Assembly: GCF_009834535.1 (NCBI RefSeq)
Contig: NC_045697.1
Span: 107,572,001-107,636,000, forward strand
DNA from: Camelus ferus
Lineage: Eukaryota
DNA length: 64,000 bases
Reading direction: 5' to 3'
The notes under the pieces were generated by a model. It was given only the letters and a program-made list of their open reading frames with translations. It was not told where the DNA came from and did no database searches. The translations under genes were made by a program, and so were the position numbers. Shown one piece after another: positions 41,601 to 55,929 of the stretch (position 1 is its first letter; every line of letters begins with the position of its first letter).

Positions 41601-42971
41601 CAAACGTTGAATGGTCTTAAGACCAAAAAGACAACAGGAAAATTTCTTGTGCGTTAGAACATACTGGTTCGGTGAGCCACGGACAGAGTAGAAAGTCACT
41701 CTCCATCATTGGGTCCACAAGGATTCGGGTTAGAATAAAATGTGATCAAGTGAACAATAAAGACAACATCACATCATTTTTTAAAAAATTCTATTCTATT
41801 CTGACAGATACGTATTGAACATATGTGCCAGGCACCCTTCTGAGTTACGGGGCTGTAACAACGAACGAAATAAATCTTCCCTCGTGGAACTCATTCCTGA
41901 AAGAGTGTTCAGGTCACGCATGGAATCTGCCACTTTTACCTGCTCTCCATTCTAAGAAACCTCAGACCACCACCCCAGACCTCAAGTCCCATCTGACAGA
42001 AGCAGCCGCAGGTGATTCTCAATTCTTGCGAGCAGGGAGCCAGGTGGGTACCACAAGACCAACCATCCTTCTCCAGAAGGGACCAGGGATGGGTCTGGAA
42101 AGGTAGCTATCTATAGTTTGTCACTGGCCTCTGAGGTCAACCAGCATGAGAACCTGCCCAAAAAGGGTGCTCTGTGCAGGGCTGTGGCTGGCCAACCTAC
42201 TTGGGTCCTCATTCTTGGGGAGGCTGACTGTAAGAAAAGCAAGAGAGGGCCAATTATTCAGTAGGTTCAGAAGCCACGGAAGCACATAGAGGTAAACTGA
42301 GTCACAAAAATGGTGTTGTCAGTGACATAAGGAATAACCATCATCTCAACTTGCAAAGGAGTGTTCTCTGCTGTCAGTTTCCTAGAACTGCTCCTATTTC
42401 CAAATGACTTCTGAGGCCACTTCCTGTGTCTTCCACCTTACTAGTGTATCCTTATAGTAAGCCTCCCATCAGCTAAGGTTAGCATAACAGGCCTCTATTC
42501 CTTGCAATCTGAAAGAATGTAGCTATTATGTACATTGCTTTCCAATTACATCAACAATAGCTCCTTACATCATTCTTTATGTGGAGTTTTTTTAGGCTAC
42601 GGATCATAGCAGGACTGCATAAAATCTGTGTATAAAATGCACAGTGGATTCCATTTATTTCTTCTGCTTGACTCAAAGGCATCACAACATGAATTACTTA
42701 TGATGGAGAAACATTACAGTTCAAATTACAAAGAAAGTGCACTGAAACTGCTCAACATCACGTTTTTTAATAGGACACTAAACCCATGAGTCTCACTCAC
42801 CTCACATAGAACTTCAAAACTTCAGCTCTCCAACAACTATTCCAAGGTAATTAATCAGGAAATCTGAGGGTGAGGTCACGAGTGTACATCTTTTTAAAAA
42901 CTCCCCAGTCAATTCTGATGTTCAACCAGCACCGAGAACTCTGGCACTGAGGTAGAAGTAACTGAGGGCCC

Positions 42972-43133
42972 TGTTACTCAAAGTGTGGTCCAGGGACCAG
43001 TCGCAGCAGCAACACCTGGGGCTTGGTAGAAATGCAGAATCTCAGGCTCCACCCAAAACCTGCTAAATCAAGATCTTCATTTTTACAAGCTCACCAGGTG
43101 ATTTATAGGCATATGAAAGTTTGAGAAGCCCTG
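42972..43133. mobile_element. MER5A-like hAT MITE (a similar copy lies at ~61577-61730)
   Basis: TACTCAAAGTGTGGTCC...AGAAATGCAGAATCTCAGG...AAAGTTTGAGAAGCCCTG. Confidence 0.8.
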
Positions 43134-46100
43134 TTTAAAGGTCCCATTGCTATAGAAACAGTGAGAAATACCACAAAATGTTTGAAAGTTGAATACCACA
43201 AGAAGAAAGAAGAATTAGGAATAGAACAGCATAAAAGATAAAATGTTTGTGATCATTAGGCATTTCACATTATTAAGCATCTAATTAAGAGTAATCAGTA
43301 TTCAAATACAAGTCTGCACATTTTAAAACTCGCAACACCACTCCTTACTCCAAATGAATTCCACTTACAAACCACACCCTCCACTGGCAGGAGTTATACC
43401 TCAACTGAGAAACACAAATCTACCTGATCATCTCCAGCTAGCTCGTCATCTCCACTGACCTAGTGTGTGTTCAGGGTGAGTCCTTGTGAGGAAATAAAGG
43501 GGGGTGGTGACTAGACAAGAAAGGAGCATTTACATGGGTGGCCCCTGCTGAAGGGCCTTCCAGGTTTTTAGTGAACAGCTCTCTACTGGGCTCAAAGGAC
43601 TATTTGGAAATGGCGATATTTATTGCCAGAAAAACGAATTCTCCACATGTTGTGCAAACATTTTCTGTGCCCCTTGTTCTTGGCTAGCTCTCAGAGAAAA
43701 AGCACTTAGCTTTCTTCCAGTATAGCGATTCCTTGATTGATGTCTCTTGAGAAAACAACGCGCTGGTACAATGAAGGCAGCTGTAGCGAAAACAAAACTC
43801 TGAATCCTAAGCAGCAGCCCTGGCGTGCTTTATAAGCTCATCTGTGATGCCACTGCTAGTCTGCATGTCTGCTTCAGAGGAAGGACAAAATCACCTCCCT
43901 TCACAGCTTCTAGTTATTTATTCCCTGAGAAGGATTCAGACCTGGCACCCAGCCAAACAACAAAATCAGAAAACTGTGTTCAGATTCTATAGATTTCCTT
44001 TTCAATGCCCTTAAACTTGTCCAAGGATGACTGTGACTCTCTTCAAGAACCGTACATCACACATGAGAACTTGAAGTTTATAAGCATGTTTTCCATAGTA
44101 AACTTGTAGAGAGTAGAATGAATAATTCCCTTTCAAAAGATGCACAAGTGGGGGGAGGGCTCTAAGTTATTTGTCCAAGGTCACAGCACAATCAAGTACA
44201 AAAGAGCAACAGGAACCTACGTATCCTAAGGTAACCTCACGTTAACAAAATCCACGATAGCCTGGTGGTAGGAGAGAGAAACAAGACCAAGTTAGAATCT
44301 TTATCAGTCAGGACTTGCATTTGGCTGCTAGTTACAAAGACCTAAGATAACAGTGGCTGAAATTAGACAGGATTTTTCTCCAATAAAGGAGGAGGCAGGC
44401 AATCAAAAACTCATACGATGACTATATCCCATCCACTGAGATTCCATCCATTCTCAGTGCATGGCTTCCAACCTCAGGTTAACCTCATGACGCAGGTTGG
44501 TTGCCGTGAGCTACACACCAGTGTTCCTGGTAGGAGGGGGAAGGAAGGTGATGAGGGCAAAGGGATAGTCTGTGCAGTTAAGTACCCTTTGAAGAAATTT
44601 CCTAGAAATGCCGCTCAACAACTTTTACTTGCATCTCATTAGCAGGCTGGGTGAAGCAGTTTCCTAGGCAGGTAGGGACATTGCCACATTCAGCAGTGCC
44701 ATTCCACTGACTAAGGAAGACAGGAATGAGTGTTGGGTAGGCAACTACAAGTCTGCCACTAGTGGCTGCCTAGGTACGTTGCCCTGGGTAGATTATTCCC
44801 CGCTCTAGGCCTCAGATTTCTCATCTGTAAAATTGAAGGAAATCATCACACCTACCTCATGAGATTGCTATGAGGACTAAGTGAGAAAAATGCATGGAAA
44901 ACAATTAGAATGCTACCGTGGGACCCAGGGCACAATAAATATTAACTCATTGTTATTATTTGATGATCCCTGTCCAGTGCTTTTCCAAATTCTTCTCAGA
45001 CACTACTTCCTCTCCATTTCTAAAATTGGAAGGGAATTCATATTAGTACATGTTGATACTCTAGTGTGATTTGAGTTTTCATCAAAGGTCACCTCGAGTA
45101 GGATATGCATTTCATGCCTTTCCTTTCTAATTATGGAGAAAGTATGTGCCAGACTCAGCACACATCAGATATTCTGGACAGAATTAGGGTCGAGGAATTG
45201 AGCTTACATTCCCCAAAAGACAGAGTCTAAACACAATCCCAATGTAGATGTCTGGAGAGCCTGAAGAAACTAAGGTGAAAGTAAAAATCATCATCATCAT
45301 CATCATCTTTCCTGTATAGAAGAAAATAAAAAAAGTATGTAGATATACTATCCTCAAGAAGGTGGATCATAATTCCTCCCTTCTTAAGTGTGGGCTCCAC
45401 ATAGTCCCGTCCTTCACTACCTGTGGTATGGAAGTGGGGGAGGTGTGCAGGGAGTCATCTTGGAATAGAGAAACCTGCCAGACACACCTCGGCTAGGTGA
45501 GCAAGGTCAACATCAACAGTGATGAATGATGTTCCTGCTGTATACACTTAACATGTGGTAAAAATGGTACCTTACCTCCCAAACACCTATCACTCCAGCC
45601 TAAACATGAGAAAAACATCAGACAAATCCCCAAAGAGTGACCCTCTACAAACTATCTGGTCAGTACTCCTCAGTGAGGTCAAGGCCCTCGAGAATAAGGA
45701 AAATGTGAGAAACCATCCCAGCCAAGAGGAGCCTGAGGAGACAGGACATCTACACGCAGTGTGGTGCCCTGCATAGGGTCCTGCAAAGTAAAAAGATGAA
45801 TTAGGTACAAACTCTGGCGATCTTAATGATAGGGGAATCTGAACGTGGGGTAGACGGGAAACACTGTACTATCGTCACATTTTTTCTGTAAATCTAAAAC
45901 TATCCAAAAAAACAAACTTTATTTTGACATAGAAAACAATGGTTTACTGCCTCTGCACCTCTTCCCTTCTAGGCACCCATCCCCACCCAAAGGCAAGCTT
46001 GGAGCCCCTAACGGTGAGGCCTACGGCTGCTGGGGGACTGGAACCGATGTTCTACCTTCATATAAACAAGGAGCCAGCCTCCTTCCTCTCCAGCCTTAAA

Positions 46101-49100
46101 CCTTTCCCATGCTCTGCAGCTACTAAACATATATTTACCTCTTGAATTTACTTGATAGCATTTTCCTCGTACCTCTGTTCATGTTCAGTATTATAAATCC
46201 CCCCAGAACACGTCCCATGCCTCCCACATTTAAAGTGGGGTATCATCACTTTATCAGTGGAGTGCCTACCTTGAAAGGCAGGTCCTTGCAGGGCAACTTA
46301 ACCTAATGTGACTGCCCTCTCCGGGTGAGGCAGTGTCTTGAGCTTGGCACCTTTGGCTTTTTCCTACCAATACAGTACTTCATAAGGGGCCTGGAGAACT
46401 CCCCCTAGATCTGACCTACACATTGGCAAACTTCTGTAAGCCAAGTTAGAAGTTATTTTTCCTCTCATCTCCTAGAATCATAAAATGTAAAGTTGGAAGT
46501 CTCATCCTTTCCATTAATAAGGCAAAACTAAGGCCCAGAAAGATGTGGTAAACTGCTAGTTGCTGGAGGACAAAGCTAACTGAGACAGACCCAACTGTTT
46601 AGAGGATTAGACTCTAAGTACCATTGAATGGAAAGCTGAAATGCTCTGAGGGAAAACAGAATCACCCCCAGAATGTAAGATGCCAATGCAGTTATAGAAG
46701 CACTGGATGAATAGTGTCAAAGTTAAAAAAAAAAAAAAAAGTAAAAAAATAAAGGGATGCACCCTGGTTAAAAATAGGATGTAGGACCATCAACTTACAT
46801 TTGATTTGCTGAAACCACTGTGAGCACAACTGCTTATGTCACTAGAATGAGCTTTTCATTTGTGATGTTGAATAAAAGGTAAACACCATGACAAGCCATG
46901 TTAAAACTGTCTGTATGGTGCAAGGAATGTCAAATGAAGAACTAGTCTCAGTCTTTGGGGGTCTTGTAAGATTGACAGATTTCAGAAAAATGCATGAACT
47001 CCAAAGCAAAGCAACTACATTTGATTAGAAATAGTAAAGCAGTTTTACCCCCTTTTTCTTTGCCAACCTGAAATCCCATAACTGTTCCCAAATAGAGAAA
47101 AATGTAGACTCAACCAAGGGTCAGATAATTTAACAATAACAAAAATACACATACATAAATGCTAATTACTTTATAGGTAGTATTTACTACATGCCTAGCC
47201 ATGTTCTAAAGGTATTACATATACTAATTCACTTAATGCTCAAACCCTGGGCAATAGGTTTTATTAATATTCCCACTTTACAAATAAAGAATGGATGCAC
47301 AGAGAGGTTAGGTAACTTGTCTAAGGTCACACAGTAAGAGGTGAATCAAGACAGTCTGGTTCTCTCATGCTAAACTCCATTTGATAGTCATCATGGACTA
47401 CTTCACATTATTATTTATTTCTTTAAAGTATATTAGTCTTATCTTTCCTAATTATATGACATGTTCTTTAAAAGCAGGGAACCAATTTGATGTACTTCCT
47501 TGTATTCCCTGTATTTTCTACACCATTTTGCATACATCATGTTATTATATTAGTTATCACTAGGCAGGTCTTAAAGAACTCGGTCAGTGCAGGATTTTTA
47601 AACAATATGTACATATGTCCACAATATCTATTGGACTTAACTTTCCCAAAATAGATAAACTTTGTAATCCTAATAACAAAAAACTGTAAGATGGTGGCCC
47701 AGAAAAAATTAATGCAGTTTTCAAAACTATACAACTTATAACACAGAGCCACAAACTCTGGGCCATATGACCAAGAAACTATAGTTTATGACTTGAAACA
47801 CCCAATAGAAATAACAGAGGTGCAGCTATATCTGTCTGTGTTACTTTAGATTACGTCTTTTAACACTTCTGAGTCTCAATTTACTCTTTGAAATGGGGAT
47901 AATAAAAATGTACCCTCTTCCCTCTCAGGTTGATATAACAATCAAGTTCCATGAGGCTGTGAAAGCCCTTCCTATAGTAGAAAAGCACCAGATGAACATA
48001 AAGCATTTCTAAAATGTAACAAGCACCAAGCGGGTACAAATGAGTGGCACATTCGTAGCAACTAACTTTTATCAGTAGCCAGAGGGACAGCTTGGAAAAA
48101 CACGGCTTTTCAGGCCAAGCAGACCTGAATTCAATCCCCAACCTGCCATTTACTAGCTGAGGGATCTGGGGCAAGTGGCTTAAATATTCCTGAGCCTCAC
48201 TCTTTTCAATTATAAAATAGAGAAAATAATGCCTCCCTCATAGGGGATCACATGTAAGAAGTACTTAATTCATAGGGAACACAATGAATTTTATTCTGTG
48301 ACCTCAGACTTGCAATACCAGTCATTTCCCTTGAAATATATTGGAGAAGTTATACCTGTCCTTCCAGAGTTTACCATAAAGACATCAACAGGTAGAAAGA
48401 ATAAATTTATTTAGTATTTATTAAACCCTATGAAATGCCTACCACTCTTCCAGGTGACTAAGGGAAGCCCTAGAATTTTGTATTCCCTGCCCTTTGGAGA
48501 AACAATATAAAAATGCTGCATGTCAGTCATAGGTTCTCAAACTCATTTGAGAATCTGAGGAAAGCGACGGCACCTCTCCTCAAAGAAAGCTACAAAACTT
48601 TTAGGAGACAGCACAGAAGATACAGGAGAATATCTTCATGCCCGTGAGGTAGGAAACGCCTTCTTAACCAAGGGGGACAGTGAGGGGAAAAGTCACACTA
48701 ACTATAAAGAAAAAGACTCATAAATATACCTATATTAAAATTAAGAATTTCCACATCAAAAGAAACCATAAACCAAATTTTTAAAATAAACCACAGAGTG
48801 GAAGATTTTGCAACACATGCAACCAACGAAAGCTGGGATTCCTGTGCAAATAAAGAACACCAAAATCAATAAAAAATGATAAGCAAAAGTGGGATATATT
48901 CATACAATGAAAAGAAACTTTAGCTGCATATAACAATATGGATAAATCTTACAAACTTAATGTTGAGCAAAAAAAGCAGGACACTAAAGACTATATACAG
49001 AATGATTCCATGCATATGAAGTTGTAAAATACGTAAGACTAAATAATATTGTATACGGATACACATACGTATGCATATGCATACAGGTAAAACTGCACAG

Positions 49101-50999
49101 GTAAAATTGTGCATAAAAGCAAGGGGAAAAAAAGTGATTCCCTCATGGGGAAGGAAGAAGCCATGCCTGGGAGGGACTGAAGTTTACTTCTGTGAAATGA
49201 TAATATTCTATTGCTCAGCTTGGGCACAGGTTACATGAGTTTTATTTCATAATGTACAGGTTTTATACACCCTCCTGAATGTACACTGCAAAATTAATCA
49301 ATGCATTTCCACAAGCACACCTCAATTTAGCAGGGAGAGGACTTCACAAACTCCCTCGGGTCCATAAACCCTAAGTTTATGGTGTCAAGCTATGTGAGAT
49401 CAAAGAAAAAGAAAATCTTCAGATTATGAAGTGGTGGAGGAAGGAGGGAGCAGATGAGAACAGGAAAGGTGAAAGATTAGAAAGATGTTAAAAAGAAGAA
49501 ACATTAAGCCTCTGGGTCAGTTCATACTCTCTCACTTGGAGAGAGAACGTCTAGCTTGAACATAACTAACAAATGCCCAAGCTTGGTAAGGAATGCGATG
49601 GAGTCTGAAAAACACGGGAACTAATGAGGGGAAAGAGGAGCACAGCCAGCAAAGAAATGTAAACTATTAAATACTGTATCTCAAAAGAAAGAAGACCAAC
49701 AGCGGCAAGTTTAACCCTCTGCCCACTCCGTAAGATCTCCGTCCCTCACTGCTTAACGGAGACAGGGTATATTAAACGGTCAGAGACTGCGAACATCAAT
49801 TTCTGTGTGAAAAAGTACACTATGTCATGTTTCAGCAAAATATTATCACGGAGCCTGGAAAAGCTTCTGCTAGCCATGGGGAATTAAGGAACTGGTAAAA
49901 ACAAGTTACAAAATGCCATTTCCGCCAGCCTTGGAATAAATACACATATTGCAACTAAATGTTAAGTATATATCTGGATCATATCTAGTCTGACCTCTGG
50001 TAGACTTCTTCACAGTACAGTCCCTTGCAAAAGAGAGTGAAGCTTTTTGCTGAAGGTAATAGGAGACCAAGGTATGTTTAAATCAGTAATTCAATGAAGG
50101 AACATCTTTGTAAAGTTTTTTCATTGTATTCTTGCAAGAAATATTTACTCATGTCTACAAACAAATATGAGAGATTTATTTCATTAGGTCTTGGTTTAAA
50201 CTGAACAAATTTCATTGGTCTTGCCTTATGCTGAACAAAACTGTCAAATTATCTTCAAAACAGTTGATATTCTTGTGGATAGTAAAATGCCTTATTTTGA
50301 TGGAAAGAGTAATGGGCAAAAGGCATTATTTTTAAAACTGCAAGACCCTACCAAGAACATCAAATTGACTATTTTTTTTTCATGTGCATTCAAACTCTTT
50401 ACTTTCATCCCATTTTCTACCCTCCATTGGTTCCCAACAGACCTACTGTCTTTAAATTCTCCAACTTTCTCTTAGGTTAAGGGAGCCACAGAGAAAAGAT
50501 TGTCCCTGGCTTGATAAATCGTTCGCTATACTCCACTTTCTAAAGCGGTGTTAATAAATGTTCACATCTGAATCTGTCTCACTTCTCTATCGGCCTTTTG
50601 TTTGTCATCTCCGTAGGTTTGTTCTTCCCTCTTGTTTTCAATAACTGGCTTATCCAGTTGGAACCAAAGGCTGAAGAATTTCCTCTCTACTATGTTTAAT
50701 TGAAAAGCTGCCCCGGAAAGAAGGAAGGGGTGTGGATTTACACTTATTCACTCTTCCCCTTATGTGCCAAACTATTGATCCGTGCCGCCTTTGTGCACCC
50801 CAAAGCACAAGATCATTAAAGTAGTTATAGGCCCAGAAATGATTCTCAGTCCAAAGGATGCGCCTTTTGGAATGAGATATTCTGGACCGGGGGTTGGGGG
50901 AGGGGTGGTGAGGTTGTCCACAAAATAACACTAAAGCAAGTCCTATAGAAAACTGGTGAGCTCAGGCGATGGGGGTTTGGGAAGACTGTCACAGGTCCG

Positions 51000-52030
51000 A
51001 AGTCCAAGAGGCACCGAACCCCGGCTGGACAATCAGCACGTGGTTCGACCTGGTTGCGAGAGCGCAGGCCGACCTATCGGGAGGGGGTATTCACCAGCCA
51101 GACGGCCAGACCCAGCGAACTCTCCACCGGCCTGACTCATCCAGAGATAAGTAACCACCCTGGCCACAAGTTCCAAGCCAGCAGCTCTTGGATTTAGTTT
51201 GCACGGAAAACGTGTAGTTTAGGCTCCAGGGTCACTAGCGGATAGAGACAGGCTTGAATTTCTTCGGGCTTGGCCCGAAAGTGAGGATGAGGATGGAAAA
51301 GCCACTCTCTCTCCCTCTTCGCCTCTGAGAGTTGAAGGTGCGGGTCCCCTACGGGCCGGTGAGGGAGCCGCTGGCGTCCGGGGCAGGATCTGCGCGGCTC
51401 CGGGGCGCCCACCCCTGGGTCCCCGGGTCTCCGACCCCCCCGACCCCCTCGCGCTGCCCGCGCCCCTCACCTGCGGCCGAGTGGCCCGAGAGCGCACGGC
51501 CTCGGGCGCGGCGCGGGCCCCCGAGCTCGCGGCGCTCGCGCAGCTCTTCGTCCTCGTCCTCCCGCCGCCGGCCCTCAGCCATGGGCGAGCTGCGGGCCCC
51601 GGCGCGCCGTCCGCCAGCACCGCTGTCCCGCGCCAGCAGCCTCCGGGCCTGGACCGCGGCCCCGGGGAGGCGGCGGCGGCGGCGGCGGCGGCGGAAGCGG
51701 CTACCTCTGCGGCTCCACCTGCAGCCCGCGGGGGAGCGGCGGGGCGCGGGCTGAGCCGGTCTCCCCGCCTCCTCGCGAGCCCCGGCGGCCGCCTTCTCCC
51801 CGCTCTCCCTCTCCCACTGTCTCCCCCTTCCTCTTCCCTTCCCCTTCCCCGCCCCGCGGAATCGGAGCCAGGGATCGGGCGGGCTCCGGCCGGCCGGGCC
51901 GCGCCTCCTCGGGGAGGGGTTACCGGCCTCTGGGGCCGCCCCGCAGCCGCACACGCTGGAACCACCCGCTCCACCGAAACAAACGTGTAGAAGATAAATA
52001 AACGGGATAGGAAGGGGGGAAAGAGGAGGC
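51000..52030 (-). promoter_or_regulatory. CpG island: promoter, 5'UTR and exon 1 of SH3D19
   Basis: Very high GC and CpG density, GC boxes, (GGC)8 at 51669-51692. Confidence 0.9.
51471..51582 (-). CDS. SH3D19: SH3 domain-containing protein 19, first coding exon of the long isoform
   Basis: MAEGRRREDEDEELRERRELGGPRRARGRALSGHSAA, CCCATGG start, CAG|gtgagg donor (phase 1). Matches the SH3D19 N-terminus and the PRSS48/SH3D19 nesting as I recall them. Confidence 0.85.
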
Positions 52031-52263
52031 GGCCTGGCCTCTTCCTGCCCTTTCACATTATTCCGGTGTCAACAGGAAACCCATTTGCTTGACACTTAAA
52101 CAAAAGGAGGAGGAGGAGGAACCTGCCTGTAGCCGGACTTGGGGAGATGGGGCAGCTGGGAGCCGCTGAACTTGGGAACAAACTTGGCTTGGAGTTTGGT
52201 GGCGCTTCAGCGTAAATCACAGGCTTTTTTCTTTCTCCCTCTTCTCTTTTAAATCGAGCCTCT

Positions 52264-52584
52264 GGGCAGAGCGCAAAGAATTTTTAGGGCAGTGACACTT
52301 CTCTGTATGACACTATAATTGTGGAGCAATGTCGTTATACGTTTGTCCAAACCTATAGAATATACAACAGGAAGAGTGAACCCTAATGTAAACTTACTGT
52401 AACTCTGGGCGATTATGATGTTTCCATGTAAATTCATCAGTTGTAACAAAGGTGGGGATGTTGATAATAGGGGAGGCTGGGCATGTGCAGGGGGCAGGGA
52501 AATATGAAAAATCTCAGTCTTCACTGGAATTTTGCTGTGAACCTGAAACTGCTCCAAAATACAAAGTCTAATTAAAAAAATTTT
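52264..52584 (+). mobile_element. L1 (L1MC-like) 3' end
   Basis: Typical 3' UTR (GTGAACCCTAATGTAAAC). Direct repeat TTTTAAATCGAGCCTCT at 52247-52263 and 52585-52601. Confidence 0.75.
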
Positions 52585-53739
52585 TTTTAAATCGAGCCTC
52601 TCTGTATTCTAGTTGGTTTAGGGTTAGGAAATGGCCACCAACCCTAGAATAAGATGTATTTAAGTGTCCAGTACCTGATTATTTGTAGAGAGGCGATTTG
52701 GTGAAGTGCCAAAGCACTGGCTCTGGAACCAGAACCTGTCATTTGAAGCACTTAGCTAAAGCTGAAAGGACTAGGGTAAGAGGGTTGTGATGCCTATCTG
52801 TATAGTACACACCTTAGGTTCCACACTTGCTCATACACACGTTCACGCAGAGGGGCAGATCCCGAAATCTCAGAGAAAGGTATCCAAGCAGCAGGCAGAG
52901 ACATTGCCTGGACATGAAGCCGTAGGAAACTCCCTGGTGGAATGAACAGGCCTTTATCTTCAGCCTCTTGCTCTATTTTTGAGAGCTTGTGAGGGCTCCT
53001 AATGCTCAGCATGTAAAAGAGAAAAAGAGAGGGAGAAAGGGGTCACTCAAAATAGAACCGCCTGCCATCCCTGCGAGCGGTCTCTTTGCCTTTTTGTTAG
53101 CGGTTGTTGCTGCCAGAGAAAATCTTTCTGCTTTTAGGTAGATAAGAGCTACTGTCGATTTTGTGGAATTGAGGTCAAATTCACAAGTGAAACCTTATTA
53201 CTGCATAAGCAGTTAAATAAGTGGACATCTGGAGAACTTGAAGTTAAACTGGAAAGAAAAAAGGTTCTGAAACTTCCGGGTCATTTTAAGTGGATTTGTC
53301 ACTTACCTTTAAGTGAAAGCATATTTGTTACTTACCTTAGAGGATGAGGAATCATTTGGAAGCTCCCCACCCTGCTAGCCACACAACTTCACAAAGCTGT
53401 TGGGGGTCAACCTCCACTATTCAGATTCTCAGTTTGAAAAGGGTGAAAAGTGTTCCGGACCTCCCATCTGATCCGAGCTTTAGGAACTCACACCCTTCAT
53501 TTGAGGTGTAGACTCAAACTCAGTTTCCGTTCAACAAACACTTATGTAACTGTTTACAACAAATACCACACTAAGTACTGCTGAAGATTCCAAAGAAGGA
53601 AAGAAATATTTACTCTGGGTAAATGGTAGGTGTTTTCACATAATTTTCTCATTTTAAATGAACAAAACATATTTCCTGTCCTCTAGTGAAAGAGGAGTAT
53701 CTATCCAGTTTACCACAACGCAAGGCAAACTTTAGTAAC

Positions 53740-55020
53740 TTCTGTAATAAAGACAGACAAGAGTGCCAAGATAATTCAATGGAGAAAGATTTGTCTTTCC
53801 AAGTGGATATTCACATCCAAAAGAAAGAATTTGAACTGCTACTTTATGTCATATAAAAGAGTAACTCAAAATGGATCACAGCTCTAAGTGTAAGAGCTAG
53901 AAGTATAAAGCTCTTCAAAGAAAACTTCAAAGTAAATTAAGTTAAAAAGATTTAATCCTTAAATAGAATTAAACTATTGTGACCTTGTGTTAGGCAATAG
54001 TTTCTTAGAGACCAAAACGTATAAGTGACAAAAGAAAAAATAAATTGGACCTCGCCAAAATTAAAAACTTTTGTATTTCACAGGACATCATCAAAAAGGT
54101 AAAAAGACAATCATCAAAATGTGAGAAAATATTTGTAAATCATATATCTGATAAGAGATATTCTGAATGTATAAAGAACTTACAACTCAACAACAAGAAA
54201 AAATTAGCCCAGTTTTTAAAATGATGTTCTCCAAAGAAGATATACAAATCGCCAATAGGAACATGAATAGATGTTCAACATTATTAGTCATTAGAAACAA
54301 GTAAATTAAAACCTCAGTGAGATACCACTTAACATGTGCCAGGATGGCTAAGATAAAAAAGATAGATGATCATAAGTATTGATAAGGATTTGGAGAAAAT
54401 TCAACCCTCCTACATGGCTGGTGGGAATGTAAAATGGTGCAACCACTTTGGAAAACAGTTTGGCACTTCCTCAAAAAGTTAAACACAGAGTTACCATATA
54501 ACACAGCAATTCTACTCATAGGTATATACCCAAGAGAAATGAAAACATGTCCACACAAAAACTTGTACATGAATGCTATGACTGACATTATTTATAATAG
54601 TCAAAAAGTAGATATAACCAAATATTCATCAGTTGGTGAATGGATAATCAAAATATGACCTATGCACACAATGGAGTATTATTTAGCCATAAAAGTGAAT
54701 GAAGTACTGATACATGCTACAACGTGGATGAAGCTTGAAAACATTACACTACATTTAAAAAGCCAGAGACAAAAGACTGCTATGATGTCTGATCCTGTTT
54801 ATATGAAATGTCCATAACAGGTTAATCTATGGAGACAGGACATAGACTAGGGGTGGTTCTGGGCAGAGGAGAATGGGGAGTTACAATTAATAGGTTATAA
54901 CATTTCTCTTTGAGGTGATGAAAATATTATAAAATCAGATATTGGTGATGGTTGTACAACTCTGAATATATTAAAGGATGAATTTTATGGTGTGTAATTG
55001 TGTATCAATAAAGCAGTTTT
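53740..55020 (+). mobile_element. Old L1 (L1MB-like) ORF2 3' part and 3' UTR
   Basis: [37 protein letters not shown] peptide. Confidence 0.85.
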
Positions 55021-55929
55021 TTTTTTTTAAACTATAACCCATTCATCATGAAACCAAGAAAACAAAGGGAGAGGACTGCATTCTGAAGTCATGATACTGA
55101 ACTAGAGAAACCAGATAGGAGCAATAACAATTTAATCGTATGAAAGAAAATGAAAGGTGTGGCCAACTAGCAACTAAACAAACGTGTTAAAACACCCTAC
55201 CCAGCCAAGTGACACAGCAAGAACCAAACCCATAGAAGGAAAAGGTTAAGAAACTCAGAATGAAAATCCACAGGCCAAGAGTAGAACAAGATTTGCCTTT
55301 AAAGCTTCAAGGTATTACAGGGTTTTGGGGGTTTTTGTTTGTTTTTTGGTAAGAGGTATTGAAAAATAGCTCCCATTACAAAGGAAAATGTTCTTTTCTT
55401 TCCACTTCAGATATACAGCCTGAAACAAAATGGTGTGAGAATAAAATATGACAAAAAATAAGAATATACATACATAGTGCAGTGCTTGACAAATTGAAGA
55501 CAAAATAATATCTATTTAATGACTATGTGCATGCAATTCCTTTTTTCTCCTGCTAAATCACCAGATGGCATGAGTCTCAAATTTTTCAACTTAAATAACA
55601 AGTAACTACCTGGGATTAAAAAATTTATAGCTGAAGACCTCAAAATAGAAAAAGCAAGGATAGACAGGAGTGTACAGGGGATTTTGAAAGTATAATATCT
55701 TCAAAGTTCTGTTTCTTAAAATATCTGAACCAAATAGGACAGAATTTTAAGATTTGTTAAAGTAGAATGGTGGGTTCATGAGTGTCTGCTATGTTGTGCT
55801 GTTCTCCGTATTGTCCGTACTTTTAAATTTTCATTATTTTTTTAAAAAGAAGCAAAGAGCACAGTATAGTAGAGACTAAAATATCTATCGTTTCTGTTTG
55901 TCTAGTGCTCTTCACACCAGGGAATTCTC

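Noticed and set aside
51219..52056. Long overlapping ORFs (140-251 aa) with poly-Ala and poly-Arg runs, including an in-frame extension upstream of the SH3D19 ATG
   Set aside because: These are expected from stop-codon depletion in a CpG island plus the (GGC)n repeat. Only 51471-51582 has a good start, a donor and a recognisable product.
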